Shown here: in pieces, positions 1 through 12,885 of the stretch | Layout of the letters: each line of letters starts with the position of its first letter | How positions within the stretch are numbered: the first letter of the stretch is position 1 | Source of the DNA: Histomonas meleagridis 2922-C6/04-290x | Lineage: Eukaryota > Protista > Parabasalia | Length of the DNA: 64,000 nt | Reading direction: 5' to 3' | NCBI GenBank assembly: GCA_020184695.1 | Contig: JAANOX010000179.1 | Span: 62,001 to 126,000, forward strand | Position numbers and translations under genes: made by a program | Notes under the pieces: generated by a model | Told to the model about the DNA's origin: nothing | What the model saw: the letters and a program-made list of their open reading frames with translations, nothing else | Database searches by the model: none

Positions 1-5
1 AACTA

Positions 6-386
6 CTATTCAATTGAATTTTGGTAATGTGCATCTAGAAAACTATTATTTGTATCTTTTTCATATAAATTATCATATAATTTTTCCATCTTATTGATTC
101 CATTTTTCAATTTTTTAATTTCTTCCTGTAATTCCGATTTTTCTAATTTCTTCAATTGCTGAATAGAATTTTTGAGCTTGAAATTTTCATTTTTGACAGT
201 TCTTAATTCTCCTTTCAAAAATCTTACAGATTTTTCAATTTCTAATTTTTTGTTTTTTTTGAATGCATAATTGGAATTAAAAATCGAAGACTGATATTTA
301 ATTGACCTGGTTATCTTCCGGAGATCATTATTTTCTTGCTGTAGTGCATTATTATTCAATGAAATATAATAAATAGTTTCTTGCAA
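6..386 (-). CDS. Lys/Glu/Asn-rich coiled-coil ORF, possibly the N-terminal part of a decayed transposase-associated gene
   Basis: ORF track; heptad-like composition resembling the coiled-coil leader at 29733-30359; no diagnostic motif. Confidence 0.25.
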   Translation of the reverse strand: MQETIYYISLNNNALQQENNDLRKITRSIKYQSSIFNSNYAFKKNKKLEIEKSVRFLKGELRTVKNENFKLKNSIQQLKKLEKSELQEEIKKLKNGINKMEKLYDNLYEKDTNNSFLDAHYQNSIE

Positions 387-1269
387 CTTTTGAATATTTT
401 GTTTTAATTCGCTAATTATCTGTTTATTTCATCATTTTTCCTTTAATAAATATTACCAATTTTGTTTTCCTTTTTCGGGCTGAAACTCATTTTAAGGATG
501 TACTCCAAACCCTCGACTTTTTGATGAGACGCATAAAAATTTTTTTTTGATTAACAGGGGAGGTTGAAACGATGAATTAAAAATACTGTCATCGGAAAAT
601 TGAATGGTTTATTGGATCGGTTCCATTTCATCGTTATCCTGTCGGATCCGATTGTCATACTTTCTGTATCAATTCAATTTTTAGAACATTTCATTACAAC
701 ACAAAATCGTTTTGAGGTTAAACGATCGATTTTAATCGTGCATTCTCTCAAAATTGAAGTATTCAATTATCGGATTTATACTGGCTCGAAAAATAATTAG
801 CATTAAACTTCTGACCATTCTGAAGAACAGTGTGCATTTTATATGATTATGATCGTGTTAAACTTTTTTCTGAGATTTTATTATGTGCCAAAATATGGTT
901 TAATTGAAATGTCGTTTTTGTCACCTACTTTCATTCAAAAGTGCTATGGCTTTGGTCGACTATGTGTTGAATCTTTTATTTAAATTTAAATGGAAAGACC
1001 CGCGAGTGTACAAAGTTTATGTCAAAAAAGAAGATGGAAGATAATGGGCAAAATGTACAAATAAAAATGAATTTGGTTCAATATGTTGCTATGAAAATAG
1101 GTCCGATCGACTCAAAACAAAAATTAGTAACCAAGAACTACACAAATGCGGTTGGAAAGATCTATCTTTAGAATTTGCATGTTGTGATGAACTAAATGAC
1201 TTAATTATTACATCAATTAAATATGGAATATCAATCGCTAAAAAAGTTGATAATAATAATAATAATAAT

Positions 1270-2759
1270 ATGGGGTCTTTTTATCACAAATTAAACAGAG
1301 CAACAATTCGTGATGATATGATTAAATTTTCACATTCAATTCATCAATCTATGATGAACAAATTTGCAGCTTTCCCATATGTATCAATAAGTATTGATGA
1401 AGGAAGTTGCAACAAAACGAAGCAATTATTATTTAATATTGAAAATCCAAAAAGTAATTTAAAACCTTATCCTTTTTCATTTATTAACATGGAAGAATTC
1501 GATGCTATTCATTATGCATATTCAATTTATGAAGGGGGAACTAAGATAAATAAACATGATATCAATATTGGGTCATTATTAATTATCGACGGAAGTAGAG
1601 CCCAAATTAAGGCGCTGAATAAAGAATGGCCACGTTCGGTATATTACATGCCAAATAGTGACTAATTAAAAAAATTGATAATTGTTCCATGTTTATGCCA
1701 TAACATTAATAGTTCTTATAAAATGGCTATAAAAAAGAATCAAGATTTGTCAAATATAACCAAGAAATTACATAAAATATCTGATTTATGTCAATTTCAT
1801 ATTAATGAAATTGGTAAAAAATGTCCAACACATGTATCGACTCGTTGGATATATGATTATGATATTGTTGATTTTATTATTCATAACAAATTCACTATTT
1901 CAAGATTTCCAATAATACCTGATGAATTTAAAGATTTACATAGGATTTCACAAATTTTAGCAAGACTTACACTCACATTTGAGAATCCTAAAACAAAACT
2001 GGGTGATGCATACCCGAAGATTGAAAATGCCATGTTTGAATTAGAAGAAAGGCTCTCAATCGATAACAATAAATATGCAAGTGCAATAAAAAATCGTATT
2101 GGGGAATATACAATGTACTCTCCAATTAAAGGTTTACTTTTAACTGCATATATATTAACACCTCGTGAACACAATGACTATTATAAACGTTTATTAAATA
2201 AAATTGATAAACCTCAACACTAATTTATTGAAAGTTGGGTAGTCGGATCAAAGATTAACGAATATTCAGTTGTCAACAATGAAGCTATTGATGAAATATT
2301 GCAAGAAGGAATTGATAAAATATTAGAACAAGAACTTCCAGAAAAAGAATTTGAAGAAGAAGAAGAAGAAATTGATAAACAAGAAGAAGGTGTTGATGAA
2401 GTATTGAATTATGGTTTTTTAGAATCATCATTTCAATTCATAAAAAATCTATCAAAAAATTATACAACTGATCTAAATGTACTTACGAAAGTAGACCAAG
2501 TTTTTCATGAATTTGTTTCACAACCACTTGGTGATTTAATAATTTTGAAAGGTAACTATTATGATTGGTTATCTTTGAGAACTAATCCAGATTTAGAAAT
2601 TCTTGCTGATATAGCCCTAAGACTTGAAGCATCGGTTGTAGTGAAGCAGCCTGTGAACGCACAATCTCAACGCAACGATTTATATATGATAATAAAAAAA
2701 ATCGATCAAATGATGATTTACTATTCGCAAGAATGACTATGATGAGGGCTGATTATTAA
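1270..2759 (+). pseudogene. hAT-superfamily transposase, fragmented by stops/frameshifts
   Basis: VSISIDEGS (first catalytic D), IIDGSRAQIKAL, CLCHNIN (CxxH), STRWIYDY, and after a frameshift near 2635 SCSEAACERTIS (hAT C-terminal dimerisation motif with catalytic E); TIRs not confidently found. Confidence 0.75.
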
Positions 2760-3142
2760 ATGAAAAAAAGCAATATTATTTTCATTTTTAAAACCCTATT
2801 GTAGTAGTAAGTGAGATTCTATTAAAAAAAAATAATATATTATAATTATTAAATAATATCAAAATCCAATAAAAGCCATGTTATTGATTGATGTTTTGAA
2901 TTTTAAGATTTGTTAAAATTGATTCATAATAAGATTAGTAAAGCTTTTATAAGGTATCAAATTTACTTTGGCTCATTTTCGTTCATGTCACATGTCTGTC
3001 CCTTCTACAGGCAAAAATATTACCCAAGGTAAAATTTTCTTCATTAGTCAAAATGTTTTTATGCTTGTAATCATTTTATATTATACTTTGAAGGATATTT
3101 TGAGTGAATTTACGATGTATTCGTACATATTTATATTTTATA

Positions 3143-4747
3143 TTATAGCCATTGATCATTATCACCAAGAACAAATTCTTGAACTTGTGAATCTGCTGTC
3201 TCATTAAAAACATATTCGGTACTTATTCGTTCTGGTTTACTTCGTTGACTTTCGCTTCCTTTATTATCTGTATATCGTTTGTGTCGTGTAATAAAAACAA
3301 TGATACCAATAAGAATTAATATAAATCCAATAGAACCACAAATAATACCAATAATAATATTAATATCAATCGAGTGTTTCCCTTTATCATTATCATTATA
3401 TTCTGAAATAATAGTATAAAAATCAGAATAATAACTAATATATTCTGAATATTTAATGATTGAATATGAATAAAGAAGAAAATGACTTTCAATATATGAA
3501 TATGTAGTAGCAATATTCGTTAAGAAATATGTTTCTGTAGAATATAATATTCGTGTAATTGTTTCTGTAATAATTATCGTATATGTTAATATTGATGAAT
3601 GTGATATTAAATGTATATTAAATAATGTATTCGATTTAGGAAATGTTTTAGAATTAGTAAATGTATTTGAATTTGTGAATGTTTTAGAATTAGGAAATGA
3701 ATTTGATTTTGTATATGTATTCGATTTGGTAAATGAATTTGATTTAGTGAATGTTTTAGAATTAGTAAATAAATCTGATCTAGTAAATGAATTACTATTT
3801 GTAAATGTATTTGACTTAGTAAATGAATTATTTTGTGTAAATGATATAGAATTTGTAAATTTATTTGATTTAGAAAATGTATTTGATTTAGTAAATGAAT
3901 TACTTTGAAATGTAATAGATATATCAAATGAGCTAGAACTAGAAAATGTATATGATTTTGTAAATGTAAGCGTTGAAATTGAGTCGCATTCGCCACTGGA
4001 AGTTCCTTCCTTCAAAACTTTTAATCCTCCAAATTCTTCATCATTGTATTCTTCCGGTACCATTACGATAGGATACGTATATTCGAAAGCATCAACTTCT
4101 GCAACATTTCTCATGCCATAAAAGTATACACACTTAAGCCCACCACACATACCAAATGCTTTATTACCTATAGAAACAACTTACTGAGGAATAATGATAC
4201 TCGACAAACTTGAGCATCTGTAAAATGCCCCTTCTTCAATTGTTTCTACAGTGTTTCCAATAATTACATTTTTTAACCCAGAACATTGGTAAAATGATTT
4301 GAATTTAATTGAAAGAACTGAATCAGGAATTATTATATCATCCAATTCTTGACACCCATTAAAAGCACATCTTTTGATATAAAGAAGATTTTCACCCAAA
4401 GTTATTTTTGATAAACTTGAGCATTCATAAAATGCATTTTCACCAATTTTGTAAACTTTATTACCTACACTTACTGATTCAAAAGCATTCCATTGTGCAA
4501 AAGCATTTTGTGGTATTTCATTGATATTATCAATATAAAGACATTTTGTGATACTTGTATAATAAACCTTATTGTCTGTAACATCCGTTATATTACTTCC
4601 GGTAACAAAAAGAGTTTCTCCTTCTGCGTATTGCCCCGCCATCACCGCCATCACCGCCAGCATTTCCACTTTTGCGCATTCACAATTTTGAAAGTGCCCA
4701 TCGCAAATTCCACAGAAAATTGAGCCCATTTTTACGGTTATTTTCAA
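3143..4747 (-). pseudogene. BspA-like TpLRR surface protein (LRRs, S/T-rich FTxSN stalk, TM helix, short tail) with one in-frame TAA at 4181-4183
   Basis: Repeats such as IGENAFYECSSLSKITL and IPDSVLSIKFKSFYQCSGL; both ORF parts are in the same frame across the stop; TM IIIGIICGSIGFILILIGIIVFI. Confidence 0.8.
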
Positions 4748-4763
4748 TTTTACTCAAATCAAA

Positions 4764-6779
4764 TCAGTTTTGTCCATTATTGTTCATGAACTCGGTCATC
4801 TCCGGCGGTGTGTGTCTTCTTTGTCCTGGTCCACCGTCGTTTCTTTCTTCATCTTCCAACAGGCATAAGAACGTCGCGTCTATTGACATTTCGAACACTC
4901 CTGTGAAAGCGCCACTTGCCAACCACGACATCACGAACACGCACACGGCTGGCACAATGTAAAATGTTATGTCCTTATTTGCCTTGAATATGAATATCGA
5001 TATCGACGAAACTACTCCAGCGACGAATACTCTACCCAAGAACAAAGTGAAGTCTCCGACCCAATTCAACGCCGTAGCTCTTGCCGCGTTACGTAGCAAC
5101 AAGTTAAATGCCTCTTTGCATCCTCTAAAGAAGTTAAATCCGTGCATAGCTATCATTATATAAGCATTTCTATTAATATATTTCAAGAACTTTTGTACAC
5201 ATATACAGCAACATTTCAAACATTTGATCAAACATTTAATTGCTGTGTTTTGTGTTTCACGAGTTTTTTGATCAATATATTCGATGATGATAGTAATTAT
5301 CTTAAAGATAGTAATCACTAATGAACCGAATGCTAATGAACCCGTATGGAAACGTAATGAACGTAATAAACTACGTAAACATATCCACTTCGGCATGTCG
5401 TCACGTTCTTCATTACTTGCGAAGTAATATTGCGCTACGACACCTGCAACTGTCATCTCGCCTAACGCCATAATGAAACATGAGCCCCAAATGAAGCCAA
5501 TGAAATGATAGATAGAGAACCCTTGAATGACAGTGTCATAATGCATGGTGATTCGATCAGTTGCACTATATTCATCTTTAGCATCTAATAAATCAATAGA
5601 TCGTTGTGGTGTACCAGCGCCAAAGATTACAATCGCAACACCAATGATATATAGCCACCAAATGAATAATAAAATGTATTGAAGAATAGGGAAGAAAAAT
5701 AATGATGGAACACTATAGAACATCTCTGAAACACATTTGATCACTTTGATACTATATATGATTCGTTTGATCATGAAAATTAAGACTACAAAAAAGAGTG
5801 CATCAAGACCAATCAAAACATAGAAAAAGATCTTGAAGACTTTGGAATTAAGATCTTGGGAGTAGAACCCAAAGGTAATGCCTTCAACAACTTTGGAACT
5901 GTCGGGTTGGGACTTGTATTGATTATAACATAAATATGTAAGGAGGGCAAGACCTGCTGCGGATAAGAAGACTGTGATCCAGACAAAGACTGCAGCACAG
6001 CAACGTAAAAGAAAGAGCCAACAGATGGAAAGAACTAAGGCAATCGCAACACATGCTGCAATGACCCAACGTGAAGTAATTAAGTCTTGGACTGAGGTAG
6101 CAACAGTACTAATGGAGTCTACTGATTGCGAAATGTTGCTTACAAACCCTTTGATTTCTTCTGTATTATTTATTATATCATCAAAAGAATGTTTGTTGGG
6201 AAGACAGCGCTTGAAATAAGCAGTGGATGAATACCCACAAAAGAACCGCTCACTGATGTTTTCGGCTTTAGCTGAATAATTTTCTATCTCTGGATGGAAA
6301 TATGTCCCATTGGATAATTTGCAATGACTAAGATCTGTTTCTAAAAAGCCCTTGTATTTGTTGTCTTCCATTTCAAGATTTGACATAAATGCTGCTGTAT
6401 ATAAACCTTCTGATGGACATTGACTAACACAAAAACTACGTGCATAACCTGTTTTACCGGCACGAACCCAGAATAGATATGGTTTGTCTTTTAAGTTTGG
6501 AAGATCCGAAGAATTGTCGACTTTAATTTTTGTATTATCATATCCGCATAATAAACCACGATGATCAGTTGGTATATATAAGTAGCTTGGGTTTCCTTTG
6601 ACTAGAGATACGAAGAAAATTGCTAACATACCACATAAGAAAAGAATAAAGAATATCAACATGCAAATATCTGTGCATTGACGATTCTCGTCAACACCAT
6701 CAAAGCTTGCATCATGTTCGAACTTACTTCCATAATCTTCGTTTTCAAAGCTCTTAAATCCTCCTTCGCCGTATTCCAT
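4764..6779 (-). CDS. Choline transporter-like protein (CTL/SLC44 family)
   Basis: R-x-CTD-x-CMLIFF, RGLLCG, FHTGSLAFGSL, KYINRNAYIMIAMHG-x-NF, DATFLCLLED; multiple TM segments. Confidence 0.93.
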   Translation of the reverse strand: MEYGEGGFKSFENEDYGSKFEHDASFDGVDENRQCTDICMLIFFILFLCGMLAIFFVSLVKGNPSYLYIPTDHRGLLCGYDNTKIKVDNSSDLPNLKDKPYLFWVRAGKTGYARSFCVSQCPSEGLYTAAFMSNLEMEDNKYKGFLETDLSHCKLSNGTYFHPEIENYSAKAENISERFFCGYSSTAYFKRCLPNKHSFDDIINNTEEIKGFVSNISQSVDSISTVATSVQDLITSRWVIAACVAIALVLSICWLFLLRCCAAVFVWITVFLSAAGLALLTYLCYNQYKSQPDSSKVVEGITFGFYSQDLNSKVFKIFFYVLIGLDALFFVVLIFMIKRIIYSIKVIKCVSEMFYSVPSLFFFPILQYILLFIWWLYIIGVAIVIFGAGTPQRSIDLLDAKDEYSATDRITMHYDTVIQGFSIYHFIGFIWGSCFIMALGEMTVAGVVAQYYFASNEERDDMPKWICLRSLLRSLRFHTGSLAFGSLVITIFKIITIIIEYIDQKTRETQNTAIKCLIKCLKCCCICVQKFLKYINRNAYIMIAMHGFNFFRGCKEAFNLLLRNAARATALNWVGDFTLFLGRVFVAGVVSSISIFIFKANKDITFYIVPAVCVFVMSWLASGAFTGVFEMSIDATFLCLLEDEERNDGGPGQRRHTPPEMTEFMNNNGQN

Positions 6780-7458
6780 GAAAGTAATCTACAAACCGTC
6801 GATTCAAAATCATTTTAAAAAAGTTGTAAAATCCAAACAAACGCTGGTCACCGTTTATGTGATATATAAACTTCTTAATTTTTGTACGATCATGATTCAA
6901 GTTTTCAAAAAACTTCAGTTTTTGAATATAAATACGATTATATCTCATTCATTTGATTTTATCGTTGTGATATCTTCATGCAACAACTTTAATGACTTCA
7001 TGACTTTTTTTTTTAATGTTTTTCATTTTAGTTTATTTAATGCATTGAGAATTTACTTCGACGAGTTTTATGGTACATCTAAATCAACTGTGATATATTT
7101 GTTTGTTACATCATTTTAAAGTAGCGAACCAAAATTTCAAAATGATATTATTTTAATTCACCTTTATTACAACTAATAAATAATCATATATTATCGATTG
7201 TATCTATATTGTCTCAAATTCTCTATAAAATTATAACTTTCACGAAACGATAAGAGTGAATGATAGAAAAATCATCGAATTTCAATCCAAAAACTTTAAA
7301 CCATTTGGAATCCTTTCTTACTTAGGAAAAACCATCTGTTGAGAGTTTCAACGAAATTCCGTGGTATTTCATTAGTACAATAACAAGTTATAGCAACAAA
7401 TCAGAAATATCAAAACGAATGGGAATCATTTACAACGCTCAAAAACATAATCTTTGGT

Positions 7459-9030
7459 TTGAATATAGATAATTTTGCTCAATCATCAAATTTTATTATC
7501 AGTAAATTTTATAAAGAATATCCAATATCTTATGATATCATTATAATAGGAATGATTTACACATCTCTTCTGATTAGTAATAATAATTTTGATATATATT
7601 TGAGATTATTAAAAGAAATTGAAAAATATGAAGAAAATAATAAAATCAATACAAAAATAATAAATTTATTTTCTCAATTTCTACTTAAAAGAAACACACA
7701 AGAATCATTTCATTTACTTAATTACATGATTAAGCATAATTTACTTGAGTCAAAAATCATCCAAAATATACGTGAACCATTTTTTGTTCATATTAATCAA
7801 GATAAATCATATATATGTGAATATTTATTTGCTCAAGGAAATATTGTTGATGAAGAACTTTCAAAGAATGATTGGGAACTTCATAAGCAATTAATTGAAT
7901 AAGAAGTTAATCAGAATGAAATTGCAAAAATAATCCGAAAAGATGAAATCCTAAAACTTCAAGAGATATCATCACAAACAAATTTCGATTTTAATCAAAC
8001 AATTAAACCATCAATTTATGAAAGATGTGATTTTATGAACAATTGGAGCGTTACATTAATTGATTATGCAGCATTTTTTTCATCTGTTAAATGTTTTAAA
8101 TATTTACTTATGAATGGTGCAAATATTAATAACACAGGAAAATACGCTGTTGCAGGTGGAAGTGAAGAAATCATTCATTTATGTGAACAAAATCATTCGT
8201 CATTTAAATATGCATATGAAACAGCAATTATGTTTCATCGAAATGATATCTTTAAATATTTTTATGAAAATAAAATTGAAGAAATTAATCAATTATACGA
8301 ATTAGGAGAAAAATGTGTTTCATATTTTAATTATGAAATTTTTACATATTTAGAAAAAGAAGGAATGAAAATTAATGAAAATATCATTAATGAAGCAGCA
8401 AAAATTGGAAATATTTTTCTTGTAAAATATTTCCTTAAAAATAATCAACTTCCAGAAAATATTTTAGTTTTTGCTTCATTTTCAGGAAATATTGAACTTA
8501 TTTCATACATTTTAAAGCAAAAAGGAATTGATATTAATGCTAAAGATAATTATTTGTTTTATACAAAATTTATTTTAATAATTTTATATTTCAAAATAAT
8601 ATTTGGAAATTATTTAATTTATTTAAAACAGCACTTATTTGTGCATCTGAATATGGTCATACAGAAATAGTTAAATTATTTCTTGAACAAAAAGAAACTG
8701 AAATTAATGCTAAAGATATTTATTTGTTTTATTTAAAATATTTTTTAATAATTTTATATTTCAAAATAATATTTGGAAATTATTTAAATTATTTAATACC
8801 GCACTTATATATGCGTCTAAAAATGGTTATACAGAAATAGTTAAATTACTTATAGAACAAGAAGGAATTGATATTAATGCTAAAAATATTTATTTGTTTT
8901 ATTTGAATTTTATTTTAATAATTTTGGATTTCAAAATAATATTTGGAAATTATTTAAATTATTTAGAACAGCACTTATGTGGGCATCTGAAAATGGTAAT
9001 ACAGAAATAGCTTCATTACTTTTAGAATAG
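7459..9030 (+). CDS. DUF3447-type/ankyrin family gene with 3 insert-interrupted ankyrin junctions and an internal TAA at 7900-7902
   Basis: ELSKNDWELHK, TLIDYAAFFSSVKCFKYLL; ankyrin modules at 8625-8717, 8795-8887 and 8965-9030, separated by 77-nt inserts at 8548-8624, 8718-8794 and 8888-8964; last module ends in TAG at 9028-9030. Confidence 0.75.
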
Positions 9031-10507
9031 GGGAAAAAATTTGTAGCTTTCGCCTAATTTGTAACTATTGTAACCCTTTGTTAATATATATTAAAGTACA
9101 TTATACGTTAAGATCATTTATTTGTTTCATCAGATGGAAAACGCATGCATGTTTGTATCCCAAACGAACTAATTGAAGAGTTCGATAAATAAGTTATTAA
9201 AAGATGCAATACTATCTGAATTCAGAAAATACTGCAAACAACATGAAAAATGCATTTGAATTAATATTGTCATCTCTACCAGAAAGCATACGCAAGATGC
9301 CAAGGATATTACAAATTAAATTATAATAAAGTTTCGATTTATTTCTAGAGAAATTTTCGATGAATTTCCTTATAACTTTAATATATTGATAATTAATTAA
9401 TTATATGCAAAATTTTTTGAAAATTCATGCTGGAAATCGATTTATAGCACTCATACTTTGATAAGTTTATCGCACTTTTTATAAAGCATTGAAATTCGGA
9501 TATTTTTGCAGAAAGAATAAATTTGCTCGGTATTTTCATTTTTTATTATGTTTTATCATCTTTAATTTTAAAATTATTAAAGTTTATCAACCTATCTAGA
9601 ATAGAACAGTTCGCAGTGGAATTCCCTTTTTATCCAAATTTTTATGTTGACTCCCTCTTTCTTAATTTTCTACATTTACTGAAAAATTATTTAAATTTAA
9701 CTAACAATTTCGATATACTTTTGTTTTCCGCCTCCAAATATCTTTTTATTTGAACCATTCCAAATCATATGCACACAACGAAACTAAAAAGAAGCCAGCA
9801 GTCGCATCATTAGTGTGATCCCTATTAGAGCGGATAGACATTGACCTGATTATTAACCTTGCAAAATAAGGAATGCGGGAGAGACATTGAACCCAGATTA
9901 AACTTGATTTTGTGAATTTTGCATGAAAAGCGTGAAGAAAAGAGATGGAGATGAAACAAGTGTGCATGTTGTGGATGGGAATGAAAGGAATTCATTGTTA
10001 ATTAACAATTATACATAGTACATCAGTAAATGGAGTTACATTGATTAATCAATGTTTCAAATTTTGCAAATAAAAAACATGTTTTAAATTAAGAATCTTA
10101 AATTTTTTGATTATGTAAATTTTTTTTATAGTTTTTTCAAGAAGTCATTTAAATATCCAAGATTTTTAAAAAAAAAAAATTGTATTTTTAGTCATTATTA
10201 TATTATTATATTAAAATATTTATGGTGAACCACAGAAATAACGAAAAACTGAAAACTAATGTTTCATCATTATGTTTCATTAAAAATTTCCATCAAACAA
10301 TTTTTTTCTGAAATAAAAATTTTACACGAGTGATTAATGAGGCTAAATCATATATCGTTCTTCTCGAGAAAAAAAACCAAAACAATTGACCATTTTCAGA
10401 AATGGACCGACCGTTAAAATTGAGATTGTTAAAGTTATTTTTAAACGCAAACACAATATTCAATTAGAGTCGAAACGAAATTTCGTTTATACAAATTTAT
10501 TTAATTA

Positions 10508-10795
10508 ATGAGCTCTTCATCACTTTGGTTATGCACAGACCCAACACCAGCTTGCAACCTTCAAATAGGAAAAAATAGAAGAAAAAGCTCATCACCTTTT
10601 CAAGGAATTTTTACAGAAGATCCATCTTTCATTGGCCAAATTCTACCAAGACCAAAAACACCGTTCCCAACAGATATTGCTTCACTTTTTATCAATAAAA
10701 GCGATAGAAACACTGTTGAATGTGACTCTGCAATTTGTTTCAGTATTAATTTCCCCGGTAAACACTTTAAACCAGGAGAATTGCCGATTTTTTAA
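10508..10795 (+). CDS. Small hypothetical protein
   Basis: ATG-initiated ORF with coding-like GC content; no recognised domain. Confidence 0.4.
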   Translation: MSSSSLWLCTDPTPACNLQIGKNRRKSSSPFQGIFTEDPSFIGQILPRPKTPFPTDIASLFINKSDRNTVECDSAICFSINFPGKHFKPGELPIF

Positions 10796-11202
10796 ATCAC
10801 TAAAATGTCTTTGATGGTTGCAGAATTTGTTCTTTTTTTTTTGATGACAATATTATTATATTTTTGTGTTGAAAAATTGGTGTAAAATATGGCTCCATGT
10901 GCTAGATGAAAAGGTTAAAGACGGAAGTAATGCAAGAAACCTCATAAGAATATTAAAAAATCATAAGGCACCTTCGTCAATAAAATTTTTGGTTTTCAGG
11001 TTTATCAATACTCCGAACACTAACGCTGGTTATAAAAATATGTAAGTAATTGTTGGATTTGTTGTGCTTAGATCGAGTAATTATTGTTTATAAGAAAAGA
11101 ATGATTTACAAAAAAGTTATATTCCAACAGAAACCGCAAATTATTGTCTGAAAAAAACCGTATCTGTTGAATTTTGACAAAAATAAAAAACCCGCGCTTT
11201 TC

Positions 11203-11207
11203 TCATT
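11203..11207 (+). promoter_or_regulatory. Parabasalid initiator (Inr)-like TCATT
   Basis: TCATT 8 nt upstream of the ATG at 11216; matches the established TCA+1Y Inr. Confidence 0.45.
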
Positions 11208-11215
11208 CGCAAAAT

Positions 11216-11671
11216 ATGAGCAAGCCCAAGTTTGAAATCGATAATGATCATGAATTCAAACCAAAGGAAAAGGTTCTTGTTATCGACAAAAATGAATATG
11301 ATTTGTGGGAAGGAGAAATTTCATCAATTGAAGGTGGAGTTTATAAAATTCATTACCCTGAATTCCCAGATGATGATGAAGAACTAAACGACACCTCTAG
11401 GTTGCTCGTAAGGACTAGGAAAAACCTAAGTATATTCAGATCCCAAGAAACAAAACGTCAAAGTGCCGATCTTGAGAGTGATGACACTACAGAATCTTCT
11501 GATAGTGATGACAGTGATGCAGAGGTTTCAGACGATGATGATGAAGGTGATTATGTTCCAAATGCAGCATTAAAGAGGAAATCCTCCAAGAAATCAAAAA
11601 AGAACAAGAAGAAAACAGTTAGCAGAACAAGGCCAAAAGGTTCCAGAGTCAGTCCGAGGAGGTCTGGATAA
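11216..11671 (+). CDS. Tudor-knot/chromo-barrel-like protein with acidic tract and basic NLS-like tail
   Basis: FKPKEKVLVID..LWEGEI..I..GVYKIHYPEF; acidic run then KRKSSKKSKKNKKK; ATG at 11216 follows a TCATT motif. Confidence 0.6.
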   Translation: MSKPKFEIDNDHEFKPKEKVLVIDKNEYDLWEGEISSIEGGVYKIHYPEFPDDDEELNDTSRLLVRTRKNLSIFRSQETKRQSADLESDDTTESSDSDDSDAEVSDDDDEGDYVPNAALKRKSSKKSKKNKKKTVSRTRPKGSRVSPRRSG

Positions 11672-12179
11672 ATAAACGAAATTATCTCATTTTGTTTATA
11701 TTGATTAAACTTCAAACGTGTGAACATAGTTATAAGCCTGAGTTTTGTGTGGGAACAGATTTTTTTTTATTTACTTTTGAAGCAAAATTTTCTGAATATT
11801 GTCTAAACAATGTTAATGAAAAGAATTGAACATTCCTAGTAGGCTAAGTACTTGATAATATTAAACTACGTTTTTTTTCAAATTTATACTCAGATTCAGA
11901 TCATCAAAAATCCAAAATTTCTTTGTTAAAAAATTTGATAAAGTCAATTTTATGTAACAATTTCATTTGATTTCAAGTGTATAAAGCACCAGATGGATAT
12001 ATTCAGTTGTTGGTACAAAAGTGTTTTTATGAAGTTATGGAAAGGCTTAATGGCACAAAGGTAGAGTCAAAACATCAATTCTATTTCAATTTAAAACTCA
12101 ATGAACTAAACATCATGTTTTATTTTTTTACAAACAAAGCGATTTGATTAAATTTTAAGCATATCTTTTGAATGTTTAT

Positions 12180-12540
12180 GAAGTAATAGTTAACTATTTC
12201 TGTATGACCGGTCTTGAAAATTCTTTCTAATTCTTCTTGATGTATTTCACAAATTTATTGTAATAACCTATTAATTTTTTTTTTCTTCAAAAACTTCTGT
12301 TTCATTTAAGAAATCTAAATACAATTCAACCTTGCAATTTCTTCTTGTTAAAAATACCAAGTATATCATTTGAGCAATAATTAAGTTGATTATGTGTAAG
12401 GAAATTCATAATCAAATCTTTCTTGGATTAATTTACACGATTCAAAAATAATCTTCTTAATGATTGGTTCTTTCAAATTCCTAAAGACAAAACGATAGAA
12501 ATGAATTCAAACAACCTAACTTCAAAAGCTGGAAAAAAGT
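12180..12540 (-). pseudogene. Remnant of the same DUF3447/ankyrin family (N-terminal part next to an ankyrin scrap)
   Basis: Minus strand reads NLIIAQMIYLVFLTRRNCKVELYLDFLNETEVFEE (cf. DLIIIQMIYDSFVIRNNNIDLFF in 40705-41976), followed by GHTEIVN. Confidence 0.5.
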
Positions 12541-12885
12541 GCTCGAAGCACACATGAAACGAGCAAGAAAAATGAGATTTATTAGTATTTTTTATTCGAT
12601 ACTCATTGTATTAAAAAAATTTTGCTTTTATAAAAATAAGGCCACCGATCAAATATATACAAATTTTTCAGAACAACCGCTGCTAAAGAAAAAACAATTG
12701 TATGAATTTTGCGGTTTAAAGTGACACTTATCTTTTAACAGGGGTTAAAAAATTTGGGAGGGGCCGTTAGTCAGGAAAAGAAAAAAAAATAAAACTCGAA
12801 AAAAGTTTATACTGAAATTGCTACTGATTCAAGCGGTCATAAAACCGTTTTAAAACAAAAATCAAACGTAACTAATCATTTAGGG

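Noticed and set aside
555-2800. Candidate hAT TIRs (CAGGGG near 555, ACCCTA near 2793)
   Set aside because: Match too short and no 8-bp TSD seen.
3316-3996. Overlapping ORFs in the BspA stalk
   Set aside because: Shadow frames of the periodic S/T-rich repeat.
9100-9990. Possible MULE-like transposase remnant on the minus strand
   Set aside because: Only weak fragments (DFQHEF, PWHLAYAF) among many stops; not supportable without a profile search.
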